Sequence record: OM386667.1
Origin: Escherichia phage vB_EcoM_REC
Strand: one strand, 5' to 3'
DNA: 64,000 bases
Within the stretch, counting starts at the first letter, position 1; each line of letters opens with the position of its first letter. A model generated the notes under the pieces. The model had not been told where the DNA came from and ran no database searches. It was given only the letters and a program-made list of their open reading frames with translations. Below are positions 28,667-38,515 of this stretch, in pieces. The position numbers and the translations under genes are program-made.

Positions 28667-31600
28667 ATGGCAACATTCCCAACATATCCAGCAACGTCTC
28701 TCGAACAGGGCGTAGACCTGGTTATTTTCTCATCTAACCAACTCCATGATGTTATTAATGGAAGTGCTACAGAGAGTATTGAAACAGAATCAGGGTTGAT
28801 ACCAACCCTGAGAAAATCCCTTGTTGACAACTTTTTCTTTAAAAGCCCATTGGATTGGGCGCAAGGCACAAACGAAACAGTTTTTAACCAACTACGTTAT
28901 TTTCAGAATGGGGTATTGAGCGGTTATTATTATGCTCCTAATGCTACATTGGTAAACCCAATTCCTATGCAAGGGACTCCAGTAGGAGATAACAACTGGG
29001 TATTGTGGGGACTGAAGACAGAACAACTAGCAACAGAAGTCACCCCTTGGGTATATTCTGGTGCAACTGGTTATGAAACAGTAATCAGTCCTCCCTACAT
29101 CTTTGATAGTGCTATTGTTACAATCAATGGTGTTATTCAGGTTCTGGGAGAAGCTTTCCGCATAGAAGATAGTAAAATCATTTTATCTGAACCTTTGGGA
29201 CATGATCCTGCAACAGGACTGCCAAACAAGCTTTTTGCCTATATTGGTAAAATCGTAGCTTCCGCAGATACAGATCCTAACTTAGAAAACCGTCTTGTCA
29301 GTTTAGAAACAAAAACTGAAGAACTGACAGAAAACATGGATAAAGTACCTTTACAAACTATTGCTCGTAAATACGGTTTGTTGGATGACGAAGTAGCTTA
29401 CGCAACAGCGGGTCAATCATTAACAGGGATTAAAGCTCTGTATGATCCGGTAGCACAATCTTCCTACACATTGCCTCCTAACATCACAGGGACTTTAACA
29501 TCTTTGTCTGTTTCTGGAGTAATGACTTATTCTGGCGGATCTGTAGATCTTTCTGCATTAGCTGTTGAACGTGGACAGTTTGTTCATTTGCCTACAAGCT
29601 TTGGTAATAATGTAACTCTGACAGCTAAAAATCAGACGATTGGGCGTGGCGCTGGTCGCTATCGTTGGGCGGGAAGTTTACCAAAAAGTATTTTAGCTTC
29701 TGATACATTGGAAACAAGTGGTGGATTAGGTCCAAATGCATGGGTTCTAACTAATACAGAAGGACTGTTAACCCCTCGTGGTGGAACATACAACGATTTA
29801 TTCGATGTTGTCCGCTTATCAGAATTTGCTAACAATACAACTACCTATACCACACCAGAAGCAGCTTTCCAGGCGGCACTGTTAGCAGCAAAAGCTTCGA
29901 AAAGTAAGATTCTCGACGCTTACGGTTGTGATATGACTTTCACGACAAGCTCTTTTGATATTCAAGATATCACTTTGCGTGGGGGTGTGTTCCGTGGTCA
30001 ACGCGATTATCGTGTGCAAAATGCTACAGTAGAAGGCACAACTTTCCGTAACTCTCGTGTTATGTATTGGGGTGGTGCTGTGCGCATGTTCGATTGTTTG
30101 TGGGACGGTGCTCCTCGCGCAGGTCAAGTTGGTAGCTTGGTATTCCAAGGAAACCCAATATCAGGTACTTTTGAAATTGATAATTGTACTTTTAAAAACG
30201 GGTTATATGGCATCCTTCAACAAGGAACAGGGGAACCAGTAACACGCGGTGTCTTCCGTAACCTTACCTTCATGGACATGCAAGGTGATGCAATAGAACT
30301 GAACGTCATCAATAAACATTATGATGATGGTTGTGTGATTGAGAATATTTACCTGTCTAATATTGATGGGACTAACGCTCCTATTCCTCTGTCCAACTGG
30401 GGTATCGGTATTGGTGTGGCTGGTAAAGGACCATATGGTTACGGAATTCCTGATGATCAATATTGCAAGAATATTACAATTCGTAACGTTTTTGCAAAAC
30501 GTTGTCGTCAGATTGTCCACGTAGAAGTTGGTCGTAATATTTCTATCGAAAACATTCATGGCGATCCAGATCAAACTGTATCTGTTGGGACAGGTTTGGC
30601 AACTGGCGCAGTTGTAATGTATGGAAGTAAAGATTTTACGATTGATGGTGTTTACGGAGAGCCTAAAACAGACGGTAGCACACTTGCAAGTAATATCCGT
30701 ATGATTTATTTGGAGTGGGGAACTAACGCAGTTCTGGATGAAGAGGGCAATCCGGTAGTTCCGGCACAGGGCAGACCTTCAAACCCATGCTTTAACTATT
30801 CTGTTCGTAACATTCACACCAAAACTGGGCGTGTTTTTGCAGGAGTTTCCGCTGGGCCAGGTTATGAAAACAGAGTCAGCTTTGAGAATATCCATTGTGC
30901 TGCGTTGCAGTTGTTCGGTGTAGCTTCTTGGCTTTCAATGTCTAACATCACCTGTAATATCTTTGATTGTGTTGGTCAACCTGAATCTGGTCCAGGGACA
31001 TTTTATGATGGATTCTTCCGTAGAGAAAAATCTGTTCTTGAGATGGTTAACGTAAACTGTTACCCAGATGGCAAGACTATGGTTACTGGTCGCCCACAGT
31101 GGAGCCGTTGCCGTTACTCTGATATTCATCGTGTCAACTGTAATGTTGAAGCTAATATGTATACCAATATCGCAGGTGGTATTGGAGCTATTGTAGGGAC
31201 AACTGGCAAAGTTTATTACTTAGAGCCTAACCCTAGCCGAAACATTGATGGGATGCATTTCCCAACAGGGAAGGAGTTTGACAAAGGGGATATGATAGTC
31301 AAAGCGGATAATACGTTCTTCCTTGTAACAACAAGTGGGGCATACATTCCAGATATCCCAGCTTTCGGTATTCGAGCTACACAAGCAGGAGATACCTTCC
31401 TGACACAGAACTTGACTCCTAATGGGACAGCAACAAACGCTTCTTGGTTGTATCACTATCCTCTGTCAGCAGGAACACGTATCCGTATTCCTGGTGCTGG
31501 TGTAGGTGGAGCAGATTTGGACACAGTTATTACTCGTGCACCTTATCAAGATAATGATACGTGGACTAACCCAGTTAAAATAGACATTGCAGATCCAATT

Positions 31601-31720
31601 GTAACGCCTACGAGTGCTGGAGTTAGAATCAAAACCATACCTAACGATTCTAGTAATGTTTCTGTAGGTAATACTGCGGTTATTCGCCCAACACCAGTGG
31701 TAGATGTGCCAACAACCTAA
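28667..31720 (+). CDS. tailspike with right-handed beta-helix, putative polysaccharide depolymerase
   Basis: 1017 aa; repeating motifs NxTxxN, NITIRNV, ISIENIHGD typical of pectate-lyase-fold beta-helices. Confidence 0.6.
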   Translation: MATFPTYPATSLEQGVDLVIFSSNQLHDVINGSATESIETESGLIPTLRKSLVDNFFFKSPLDWAQGTNETVFNQLRYFQNGVLSGYYYAPNATLVNPIPMQGTPVGDNNWVLWGLKTEQLATEVTPWVYSGATGYETVISPPYIFDSAIVTINGVIQVLGEAFRIEDSKIILSEPLGHDPATGLPNKLFAYIGKIVASADTDPNLENRLVSLETKTEELTENMDKVPLQTIARKYGLLDDEVAYATAGQSLTGIKALYDPVAQSSYTLPPNITGTLTSLSVSGVMTYSGGSVDLSALAVERGQFVHLPTSFGNNVTLTAKNQTIGRGAGRYRWAGSLPKSILASDTLETSGGLGPNAWVLTNTEGLLTPRGGTYNDLFDVVRLSEFANNTTTYTTPEAAFQAALLAAKASKSKILDAYGCDMTFTTSSFDIQDITLRGGVFRGQRDYRVQNATVEGTTFRNSRVMYWGGAVRMFDCLWDGAPRAGQVGSLVFQGNPISGTFEIDNCTFKNGLYGILQQGTGEPVTRGVFRNLTFMDMQGDAIELNVINKHYDDGCVIENIYLSNIDGTNAPIPLSNWGIGIGVAGKGPYGYGIPDDQYCKNITIRNVFAKRCRQIVHVEVGRNISIENIHGDPDQTVSVGTGLATGAVVMYGSKDFTIDGVYGEPKTDGSTLASNIRMIYLEWGTNAVLDEEGNPVVPAQGRPSNPCFNYSVRNIHTKTGRVFAGVSAGPGYENRVSFENIHCAALQLFGVASWLSMSNITCNIFDCVGQPESGPGTFYDGFFRREKSVLEMVNVNCYPDGKTMVTGRPQWSRCRYSDIHRVNCNVEANMYTNIAGGIGAIVGTTGKVYYLEPNPSRNIDGMHFPTGKEFDKGDMIVKADNTFFLVTTSGAYIPDIPAFGIRATQAGDTFLTQNLTPNGTATNASWLYHYPLSAGTRIRIPGAGVGGADLDTVITRAPYQDNDTWTNPVKIDIADPIVTPTSAGVRIKTIPNDSSNVSVGNTAVIRPTPVVDVPTT

Positions 31721-31728
31721 TGGAAATA

Positions 31729-31754
31729 GAGAGGGGGATTCCCCCTCTTCTTCC
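31729..31754 (+). terminator. rho-independent terminator after depolymerase-like spike gene
   Basis: Stem GAGAGGGGG/CCCCCTCTT, 3-nt loop. Confidence 0.5.
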
Positions 31755-31784
31755 AATAGAATGGTCTAATAATAGGAGAGATAA

Positions 31785-33809
31785 ATGAATTTAACAAGAC
31801 CTAATAGTGCGATAGCCGATCTAGTAGAAGCTACTTATCGAAAACGTCGCAGTTTTGAGGCAGGTTTTACATTACGTAATTCCCGTGAAGTTTTGCTGTT
31901 AGCGGCAGAAGGGAATTATTACCAATGGAAAGGAACTTTTCCTAAAGTAGTTCCAGCAAACTCTACGCCAGCCACCACAGGTGGTATTTCTTCCCTTGCA
32001 TGGCAAAGTGTTGGGACCGCTGATGATATAGCAATTATCAATGCCAAGTTTACGGCAATGCAGCAACAGATTGATGATCTGTCGGAAACAATACCTGAAG
32101 CTGGTAAATCGGCTTATCAGATCGCACTTGATAATGGTTTTGTTGGAACAGAAGCACAATGGCTTGCTTCTTTGAAAGGGGATACTGGTGCTCAACTTAA
32201 TATTAAAGGATCATTAGCAAGCACTAGTGAACTACCATCTACAGGTAACGTAGCAGGTGATGGTTATATTGTAGGAGATGTAATCTACGCTTGGGATGGG
32301 GCTGTTTGGAAACTTATCTCTTCTCTTGGGCCAGAAGGGAAATCAGCTTACGAGGTATGGTTAGCAGATGGTAATACAGGATCTGTTTATGACTTTCTTG
32401 CCTCTATAAAAGGTGATAAAGGAGACGTTGGTCCTACAGGTCCACAGGGTGCACCTGGTGTCAACGCTAATGGTTTTGATTACCGTGGAGATTTGCCTTC
32501 TACAAGTAACTTACCACAACCTAACTCTGAAAACGTAAGCCAAGCTTATTCTATTAATGGTAATCTTTATGTCTCTAATGGGACAGCTTGGGTCAACATG
32601 GGTAATATTGTTGGTCCTCAAGGTCCACAAGGTGAGGCAGGTAAAGACGGTCTAGATGGAACAGATGGAGACGAAGGGAAATCTGCATATCAAAGTTGGC
32701 TGGATGCTGGTAATGAAGGGACAGAAGTAGATTTTATTGCCTCACTTAAAGGTCCAAAAGGAGACAAGGGTGATCAAGGAGAGCGAGGTCCACAAGGTGA
32801 ACTAGGTCCACAAGGATCAGTGGGTGCAACAGGATCAGGTTTAGAGATTATCGGGGTTCTGAACAGCGAAGCTGAACTTCCTCCTACTGGAGAAGTAGGT
32901 GATGCATATAAAATTAATAATGATTTGTATGTTTGGGTTCAAGATGCTACAGAATGGATGAATGTAGGCAGTCTTGGAGGAACATCAATTACAGCTAAAG
33001 GTCATGTTCCGAACAGTGAAGCTCTCCCTGTTTATAATAACTACGGTGATGCCTATTTAACTGAAGACACTAGTAATCTTTACATCTATACCTACGATCA
33101 AGACACCAATTCCGCATCTTTTGTTGACATGGGAAGTATTAAAGGCGACAAAGGTGAAAAAGGGGATAAAGGAGATAAGGGTGATCCTGGAACAAACGGA
33201 ACCAACGGTACTGATGGGACCAACGGTAAGGACGGCGCACAGTGGTTTGTAGCAACAACTAATCCAGTCACAGGAGACGGTGTTATCAATGATTACGCCT
33301 TCAATACTACCACTGGAGCAGTATTTAAGAAAACAGATTCTTCTACGTGGACACTTATAGGAACTCTTCCTAGTATACCAGAAGCCCCTCAAGACGGCTT
33401 GACGTATGGTCGTTCTGATGGAAACTGGATCGAAATATCAGGATCAGATCCTACGGAAGCTATAACACCAACTAGAGTTACAGCAGGTTTCATGGAACTT
33501 GAAACAACTACTGCCAACTCTGGAGCATCTTGGACTCCTTCTGGAACTTCCAATATGTATGTTGTTACAGTAACTGACGCTCTGACAGTTGGAGCATGGC
33601 CTGGTGTCACTGGCTCTACAAAACCTAAAGCGTTTTCAGCAATGATTTATTTGATTCAAGATACAACGGGACACACGGTTACACTAGATGCGTCTTATGG
33701 AGCACTAAATGATACAGAAATAGCAACTACTGCTAACGCAGTAACAATTTTGCAATTAACGTATCCTGGTGTGGGTGATATCGTGGACATGGTTGTTGTA
33801 ACACGATAA
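31785..33809 (+). CDS. tail fiber with collagen-like Gly-X-Y repeats
   Basis: 674 aa; GPTGPQGAPG, GPQGPQGEAGKDGLDGTDGDEG, KGDKGEKGDKGDKGDPGTNGTNGTDGTNGKDG; three copies of GKSAYxxWLxxG...FxASLKG module. Confidence 0.65.
   Translation: MNLTRPNSAIADLVEATYRKRRSFEAGFTLRNSREVLLLAAEGNYYQWKGTFPKVVPANSTPATTGGISSLAWQSVGTADDIAIINAKFTAMQQQIDDLSETIPEAGKSAYQIALDNGFVGTEAQWLASLKGDTGAQLNIKGSLASTSELPSTGNVAGDGYIVGDVIYAWDGAVWKLISSLGPEGKSAYEVWLADGNTGSVYDFLASIKGDKGDVGPTGPQGAPGVNANGFDYRGDLPSTSNLPQPNSENVSQAYSINGNLYVSNGTAWVNMGNIVGPQGPQGEAGKDGLDGTDGDEGKSAYQSWLDAGNEGTEVDFIASLKGPKGDKGDQGERGPQGELGPQGSVGATGSGLEIIGVLNSEAELPPTGEVGDAYKINNDLYVWVQDATEWMNVGSLGGTSITAKGHVPNSEALPVYNNYGDAYLTEDTSNLYIYTYDQDTNSASFVDMGSIKGDKGEKGDKGDKGDPGTNGTNGTDGTNGKDGAQWFVATTNPVTGDGVINDYAFNTTTGAVFKKTDSSTWTLIGTLPSIPEAPQDGLTYGRSDGNWIEISGSDPTEAITPTRVTAGFMELETTTANSGASWTPSGTSNMYVVTVTDALTVGAWPGVTGSTKPKAFSAMIYLIQDTTGHTVTLDASYGALNDTEIATTANAVTILQLTYPGVGDIVDMVVVTR
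32100..33240 (+). repeat. collagen-like triplet repeats interleaved with three KSAY...ASLKG modules (approximate bounds)
   Basis: Read directly from translation of 31785-33809. Confidence 0.6.
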
Positions 33810-33812
33810 CAG

Positions 33813-33837
33813 AAGCCCCGAAAGGGGCTTTCTTTTT
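33813..33837 (+). terminator. rho-independent terminator after collagen-like fiber gene
   Basis: Stem AAGCCCC/GGGGCTT, loop GAAA, then TTCTTTTT. Confidence 0.8.
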
Positions 33838-33850
33838 ATGGAGGGTTTAA

Positions 33851-36523
33851 ATGTTTCCAATTCCAATATTTACTATTATGACCAGCACTGGTGTCGTTCC
33901 TCTGCCAGCAGGTATTGTTAAAAAAGTAATCACTCTAGATTACCCAGATAATGCTGGCAATTCTAATAGCAGTTTAGCAATTTTGCTTAATGATGGTAGA
34001 TTGTTTACTCAAGGCGCAAACCTTTTTGGTGAGATTGCAGATGGAACTCGTAGTGCACGATTCAATAATTTCCACTTAGCTTCTACTGTAGTAGCGGATG
34101 TGTTTACCGCAGATCGTTGTTTTGTTATTAAAACTAACAGTGGGGGATGGCAATATTCAGGATTGACAGCAGGGTTGGTAGGATCTATAGCAGCAGGTGG
34201 TACGGATGCATGTGTAACTACTTGGACCAGCTTTCCATCTGTAATAACAGGGACTATCTCTTTAGCCAATCTTAAAGAGGTTAAGGGAGGATATAACAAC
34301 ACTCTCTGGTTGATGAATAGTGGTGTTCTTTATGGATCAGGTCAAAACACAGTAGGCAGTTTAGGTGCAAGTACTACTAACGAAGTTTCTACTCCTCGTC
34401 AGATAACAAGTGCAGCAGTTGCTTTTGATGCAGGTTACAACCAATGCTCTTATGTCAACAATGTGGGAACCTTGCGTGTTTGTGGGGCTAGTAAAGGTTT
34501 AGCAGGTAATAATAACACAACAACAGCTTTTGTCAATGCCAAGATATCCGCTACTGAAACAGTGTATGTCAAAGATTACATCAATACAGTTTCCCAGACA
34601 ATAGTTGTAGGAGATACCTCCGGTGGCACGGGTACAGTAAACTACTTATATGTTAGATCTAATACAGAAACAACCTACACTAAACTGGACACCTTTGCAG
34701 CAGGTTTCTCAACATGGAAATTTCCACCAAGCCGCCACTCTTTTTTCGTTGGGATCAATAATTCCTTGTGGGCTATTGGTAAGAACTACACTGCAAACTT
34801 AGGTTTGGGGTATGATTCTGCGAGCGGAGATCCACTCCAAGTGGGAAAACCAGTTAAACCTGAAGGAGTGGGTTCCTGGGATATAAACAAGCTCACAAGC
34901 GTTCATACACTGAATATGGATGTTACTAACCAATTAGGTTATCAAGGAACCTTTTTCGTTTATAATGGAGATATGTATTATTCAGGTATTTGGAAAGATG
35001 GGAAAGCCTCGTATCTGTTCAATAGTGGTCTAAACTATAATAAATTCACACCAATAGCAAGCTCCGTGATTACAGGGGATGTTCTGGCAACTGGCTTAAC
35101 TACAGATTCTTTAGGAATTTGTATTGTAGGTGGAACTAAACAGTTGACACATTCTGTTAGCCCAGAAGGAGGTAAACTTTTCAATATTAAATACACTTCT
35201 TCTGCCCCTGCAAACATGACAATATCATCTACTGGTTTAATGACTTTCCATGCAGAAGGTGGTTTTGATGCAGGTATGACAGCCTTAAACGCTGAAGGAA
35301 CAATTTTATCAGATACCTCTGGAGGATATGCTTCAACATTGAGTGTTTACACCCCTAGCTTATCTGCGATGGATGTAGGAACAACACAAACAATGGTAGC
35401 AGAAATAACACCAACAGGAGCAGCAAGCTTACCTGATATGGTTGTTGAGTATACAACTACAGATCCTAATGTTGCTACAGTAGATCCTACAACTGGTGTA
35501 ATAACTGGTGTTGGTGATGGTGGTTGTAGGATTGGTTGCACAGCTACGTATCAAGGTGTTGTTACCGCTTCTGATAGTTCTTATTTAACGGTGAATGCTG
35601 TTGCGGGAAAGGAGTTAGCTCCATCTCCGAGTAGTAGTTTAACGGTTCTAAACGGATATTTCAACCACTCGGCAGATGGGGCAATTACGTTCCCAACTTT
35701 ATCGGGTACTGTTACACCAGCTAACTTTGTAGTTAAGGTGGATGACGTTGTAGTTCCTTCAAGTAAAGTAATATTTAGAAACAAAGCTTTCTCTACAGTG
35801 GATAGTTATCCAGCAGGAGAATATAGACTGGCTATTGAATTTGCAAGTGCTTCAGTAGTTAATAGTGTGGAAGTGTCTATGGAAGCAAACCCAAGTCTTT
35901 TAGAACTTTGGGGCGGTAATAGAATCAGTTATTCTACAAGCCCAGCCTCACAATTCTTAAAAGGTTGTGCTAACTTAAGACGAATAACTTCTGATTGTTT
36001 TAGTAACACATCTTACACCGGAACATCTATAAGCGGTATCTTCTCTGGCTGCACAAGTTTGACAGCTATCCCTGAAGGATTATTCAGTGATGCTTTATTT
36101 CCTTCAATGACAACAATGTCAAGCACGTTTGAAGGTTGTACATCTTTAACATCTATTCCTTCAGATTTATTTAAGAATCTGTCAAAAGTTACAAGATATT
36201 CTTACACCTTTAAAGATTGCACCTCTCTTGCAGAAGTTCCAGCAGGAATGTTTGATAATATTCCAACGAAAGTGACCTCTTTAACAGCTACATTCCAAGG
36301 TTGTTTAGGACTTACAGATTTTAATAAGATCTTTAATGACAACCCAGGGTTAACTGTTTGTGGTAAACGTGGAGCATTATCTTCTTTCTTTAGTGGATGC
36401 ACAAATCTTACAGGAACAGGAACAACATTAACAAATACATTAGGCGGAGTAGCTAATAGTTACCTATTCAGGTATTGCACAAAACTTTCTGATTATAACA
36501 ACATTCCTTCCGGTTATAAATAA
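33851..36523 (+). CDS. tail fiber/adhesin with Ig-like (Big_2-type) domain and C-terminal Cys-containing leucine-rich-like repeats
   Basis: 890 aa; Ig-like segment TPTGAASLPDMVVEYTTTDPNVATVDPTTGVITGVGDGG; repeats F.GCTSLT.IP..LF recur four to five times near the C-terminus. Confidence 0.55.
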   Translation: MFPIPIFTIMTSTGVVPLPAGIVKKVITLDYPDNAGNSNSSLAILLNDGRLFTQGANLFGEIADGTRSARFNNFHLASTVVADVFTADRCFVIKTNSGGWQYSGLTAGLVGSIAAGGTDACVTTWTSFPSVITGTISLANLKEVKGGYNNTLWLMNSGVLYGSGQNTVGSLGASTTNEVSTPRQITSAAVAFDAGYNQCSYVNNVGTLRVCGASKGLAGNNNTTTAFVNAKISATETVYVKDYINTVSQTIVVGDTSGGTGTVNYLYVRSNTETTYTKLDTFAAGFSTWKFPPSRHSFFVGINNSLWAIGKNYTANLGLGYDSASGDPLQVGKPVKPEGVGSWDINKLTSVHTLNMDVTNQLGYQGTFFVYNGDMYYSGIWKDGKASYLFNSGLNYNKFTPIASSVITGDVLATGLTTDSLGICIVGGTKQLTHSVSPEGGKLFNIKYTSSAPANMTISSTGLMTFHAEGGFDAGMTALNAEGTILSDTSGGYASTLSVYTPSLSAMDVGTTQTMVAEITPTGAASLPDMVVEYTTTDPNVATVDPTTGVITGVGDGGCRIGCTATYQGVVTASDSSYLTVNAVAGKELAPSPSSSLTVLNGYFNHSADGAITFPTLSGTVTPANFVVKVDDVVVPSSKVIFRNKAFSTVDSYPAGEYRLAIEFASASVVNSVEVSMEANPSLLELWGGNRISYSTSPASQFLKGCANLRRITSDCFSNTSYTGTSISGIFSGCTSLTAIPEGLFSDALFPSMTTMSSTFEGCTSLTSIPSDLFKNLSKVTRYSYTFKDCTSLAEVPAGMFDNIPTKVTSLTATFQGCLGLTDFNKIFNDNPGLTVCGKRGALSSFFSGCTNLTGTGTTLTNTLGGVANSYLFRYCTKLSDYNNIPSGYK

Positions 36524-36525
36524 GA

Positions 36526-36553
36526 AAAGGAGCCATTTGGCTCCTTTCTTTTA
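36526..36553. terminator. bidirectional rho-independent terminator between convergent late and early modules
   Basis: 9-bp stem AAAGGAGCC/GGCTCCTTT, loop ATTT, flanked by A-run and T-run. Confidence 0.8.
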
Positions 36554-36579
36554 TAAAAACTCTTTATAAATCAATAAGA

Positions 36580-37467
36580 TCAGAACGGAATATCATCATC
36601 GAAGTCCATCGGAGGTTCTTCTTGATTACTTGGAGTTGGTTCTGGTTGTGGTTCAGGCTTTTTAACTTCTTTCTTCTCTTCTTTCTTAGGTTGTTCTGCG
36701 GAACCACGAATGGCAGCAGCAACTTTATCAGACAGAGCCAGAACTTTACGAGCAGAATCAATCAGATCTTCTACAGATACAGTCTTAATGGTATGGTCTT
36801 TACAAGCATTAAGGATAGCGTGACCAACAGATGCCCCAAGATCATAATCATTAATATCAACGCCACGAGATTCAGCAATTTCAGATTTCAGCGTGACAGT
36901 TGCAGATTGAACAACCCCAGCGATATCGAAAGCATCGCCTTTAACACCATTACGAATCAGTTCCAGTGCACCATTTACTGCGTGACCAGTTTCCAGACCT
37001 ACAGTATCACGTTTTTTATAGGACTGTTTAGGAGCAGCATCGTTGGAACCTTTATTGCCAGAAGATTTGTTAGACTTCTGAACACCATCGGTAGACAATA
37101 CTGTAATACGAGATTTTTTAGTATTGTAGTAAGTTTTACCGCCTTTATTATCAACGCGATCAATATCAATACTTACTTCTACACCTTTTTCAATAGTGAT
37201 CCAGTTATCACCTTCTTTGACTTGCAGGTTTTCATAACCTTCTTTCAGTTCAATGTCACCAAGAGAAATCCAAACACCTTTCTCCTCTGGTTTAGCACCT
37301 TTCTCTTTCAGAACAAGAGAAGCTCGGTGAGTTGAAACAATCGTTTTTCCTTCCCAATGAAAAGTTTTAGGTTCAGCGAATTTATCCAGTTTAACGTAGT
37401 CTACGATACCAGTTGCATAAGTTACGGTTTTGCCTTTACGATCAGTTTCAGTATTAATTACGGACAT
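36580..37467 (-). CDS. ssb: single-stranded DNA-binding protein
   Basis: 295 aa; Gly/Ser/Pro-rich linker; C-terminal acidic tail ...PPMDFDDDIPF, identical in its last residues to the canonical bacterial SSB tip. Confidence 0.8.
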   Translation of the reverse strand: MSVINTETDRKGKTVTYATGIVDYVKLDKFAEPKTFHWEGKTIVSTHRASLVLKEKGAKPEEKGVWISLGDIELKEGYENLQVKEGDNWITIEKGVEVSIDIDRVDNKGGKTYYNTKKSRITVLSTDGVQKSNKSSGNKGSNDAAPKQSYKKRDTVGLETGHAVNGALELIRNGVKGDAFDIAGVVQSATVTLKSEIAESRGVDINDYDLGASVGHAILNACKDHTIKTVSVEDLIDSARKVLALSDKVAAAIRGSAEQPKKEEKKEVKKPEPQPEPTPSNQEEPPMDFDDDIPF

Positions 37468-37483
37468 TATTATCTCCTCTATA

Positions 37484-37876
37484 TTACATTAATTTTGCAC
37501 AGAAAGAGCGGAGTCTTTCCATATCATCTTGCTCTAACAGGTATTTACCTTTACCTATTCCAACTCCAATTTCACCGTTAGGGAAATGAACTATTTGCAC
37601 TGGAAAACCTCCGAGTTTAATTGTGGCAGCTTTGCCTTCTTCGTCTATAACGTTTCGGATTGTATCTTGCAGTGAAATGAATTCTTTGTTTGTAACAGTG
37701 GCTTCAATTATTTCAGAGGTTTCAACACGAGCCGTTAGCTTCTTGTCTCCACCTTGAATAATCAAAATTTGAAAATAAAAAGAGTTGTCAAGACCTACAA
37801 CATTTTTCTCAACTAGTGTCAAACTGGTATAATTTCCATAAACAGTTTCAACAGCTATTTTAGAACGTTCAGTCAT
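37484..37876 (-). CDS. hypothetical protein
   Basis: 130 aa, RBS present, replication module. Confidence 0.45.
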   Translation of the reverse strand: MTERSKIAVETVYGNYTSLTLVEKNVVGLDNSFYFQILIIQGGDKKLTARVETSEIIEATVTNKEFISLQDTIRNVIDEEGKAATIKLGGFPVQIVHFPNGEIGVGIGKGKYLLEQDDMERLRSFCAKLM

Positions 37877-37921
37877 TGAATGCTATCCTATCATAAAATG
37901 TTTAATATTGTCAAGCTTTAA

Positions 37922-38515
37922 TTACCAAGGAATATCTTCTTCTTCCAATTTGGTATCTACTTGAGGTGGACGTGGAACCTTAACCTCTTTAACAAAACGA
38001 AGATATGGAAAACGTGTAGCGATTTTAATAACATGTTTGGCATCTTCTCTAACATCTTTGTGCAAGAAGCAGATCCCTGTTTCCAAAGTTGTTTCAAAAT
38101 CTTTAGAGTAATAACAATCCTTTCCATCAAATGCAGCCTGGCAGATGGACAGATCAAACTCATTCAGAAAGGTTGTCATTACATTTGGGTCCATAATCAT
38201 AAGGTTGCAAAGCTGACCGTCACGTTCAAATTCAAAAACGTGTTTAAGACCAGTAACACCCTCGTAGTTATCAGAAGCCTCTTTGTTTCCTAGCTTACGA
38301 ACATTAGTTCCCATTAAAGCAGATGCAATTAGTTCTTGTATTTGCTCTTCTGATCGATGTGCAGGAAGTGACGTATAGAAATCCAGATCACGTCCAGCAA
38401 TATCAAGAATACGCCAATCACGAACAGCACCGCCAGCCAAGACAGAATTAGGATCAGCGATCTTTAAGACAGTAAGAATTTCTTTGGCAATGTTGATTTG
38501 TTTTGATTTAGTCAT
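37922..38515 (-). CDS. nucleotidyltransferase-fold protein (GGAVRD motif) with SSB-like acidic C-terminus
   Basis: 197 aa; LAGGAVRDW...DLD resembles the Pol-beta/CCA-adding nucleotidyltransferase head motif; ends ...LEEEDIPW. Confidence 0.4.
   Translation of the reverse strand: MTKSKQINIAKEILTVLKIADPNSVLAGGAVRDWRILDIAGRDLDFYTSLPAHRSEEQIQELIASALMGTNVRKLGNKEASDNYEGVTGLKHVFEFERDGQLCNLMIMDPNVMTTFLNEFDLSICQAAFDGKDCYYSKDFETTLETGICFLHKDVREDAKHVIKIATRFPYLRFVKEVKVPRPPQVDTKLEEEDIPW

Noticed and set aside
36622-37335. 237-aa plus-strand ORF, Phe/Asn-rich
   Set aside because: Antisense to the SSB gene, which has a clear conserved C-terminal tail; shadow ORF.
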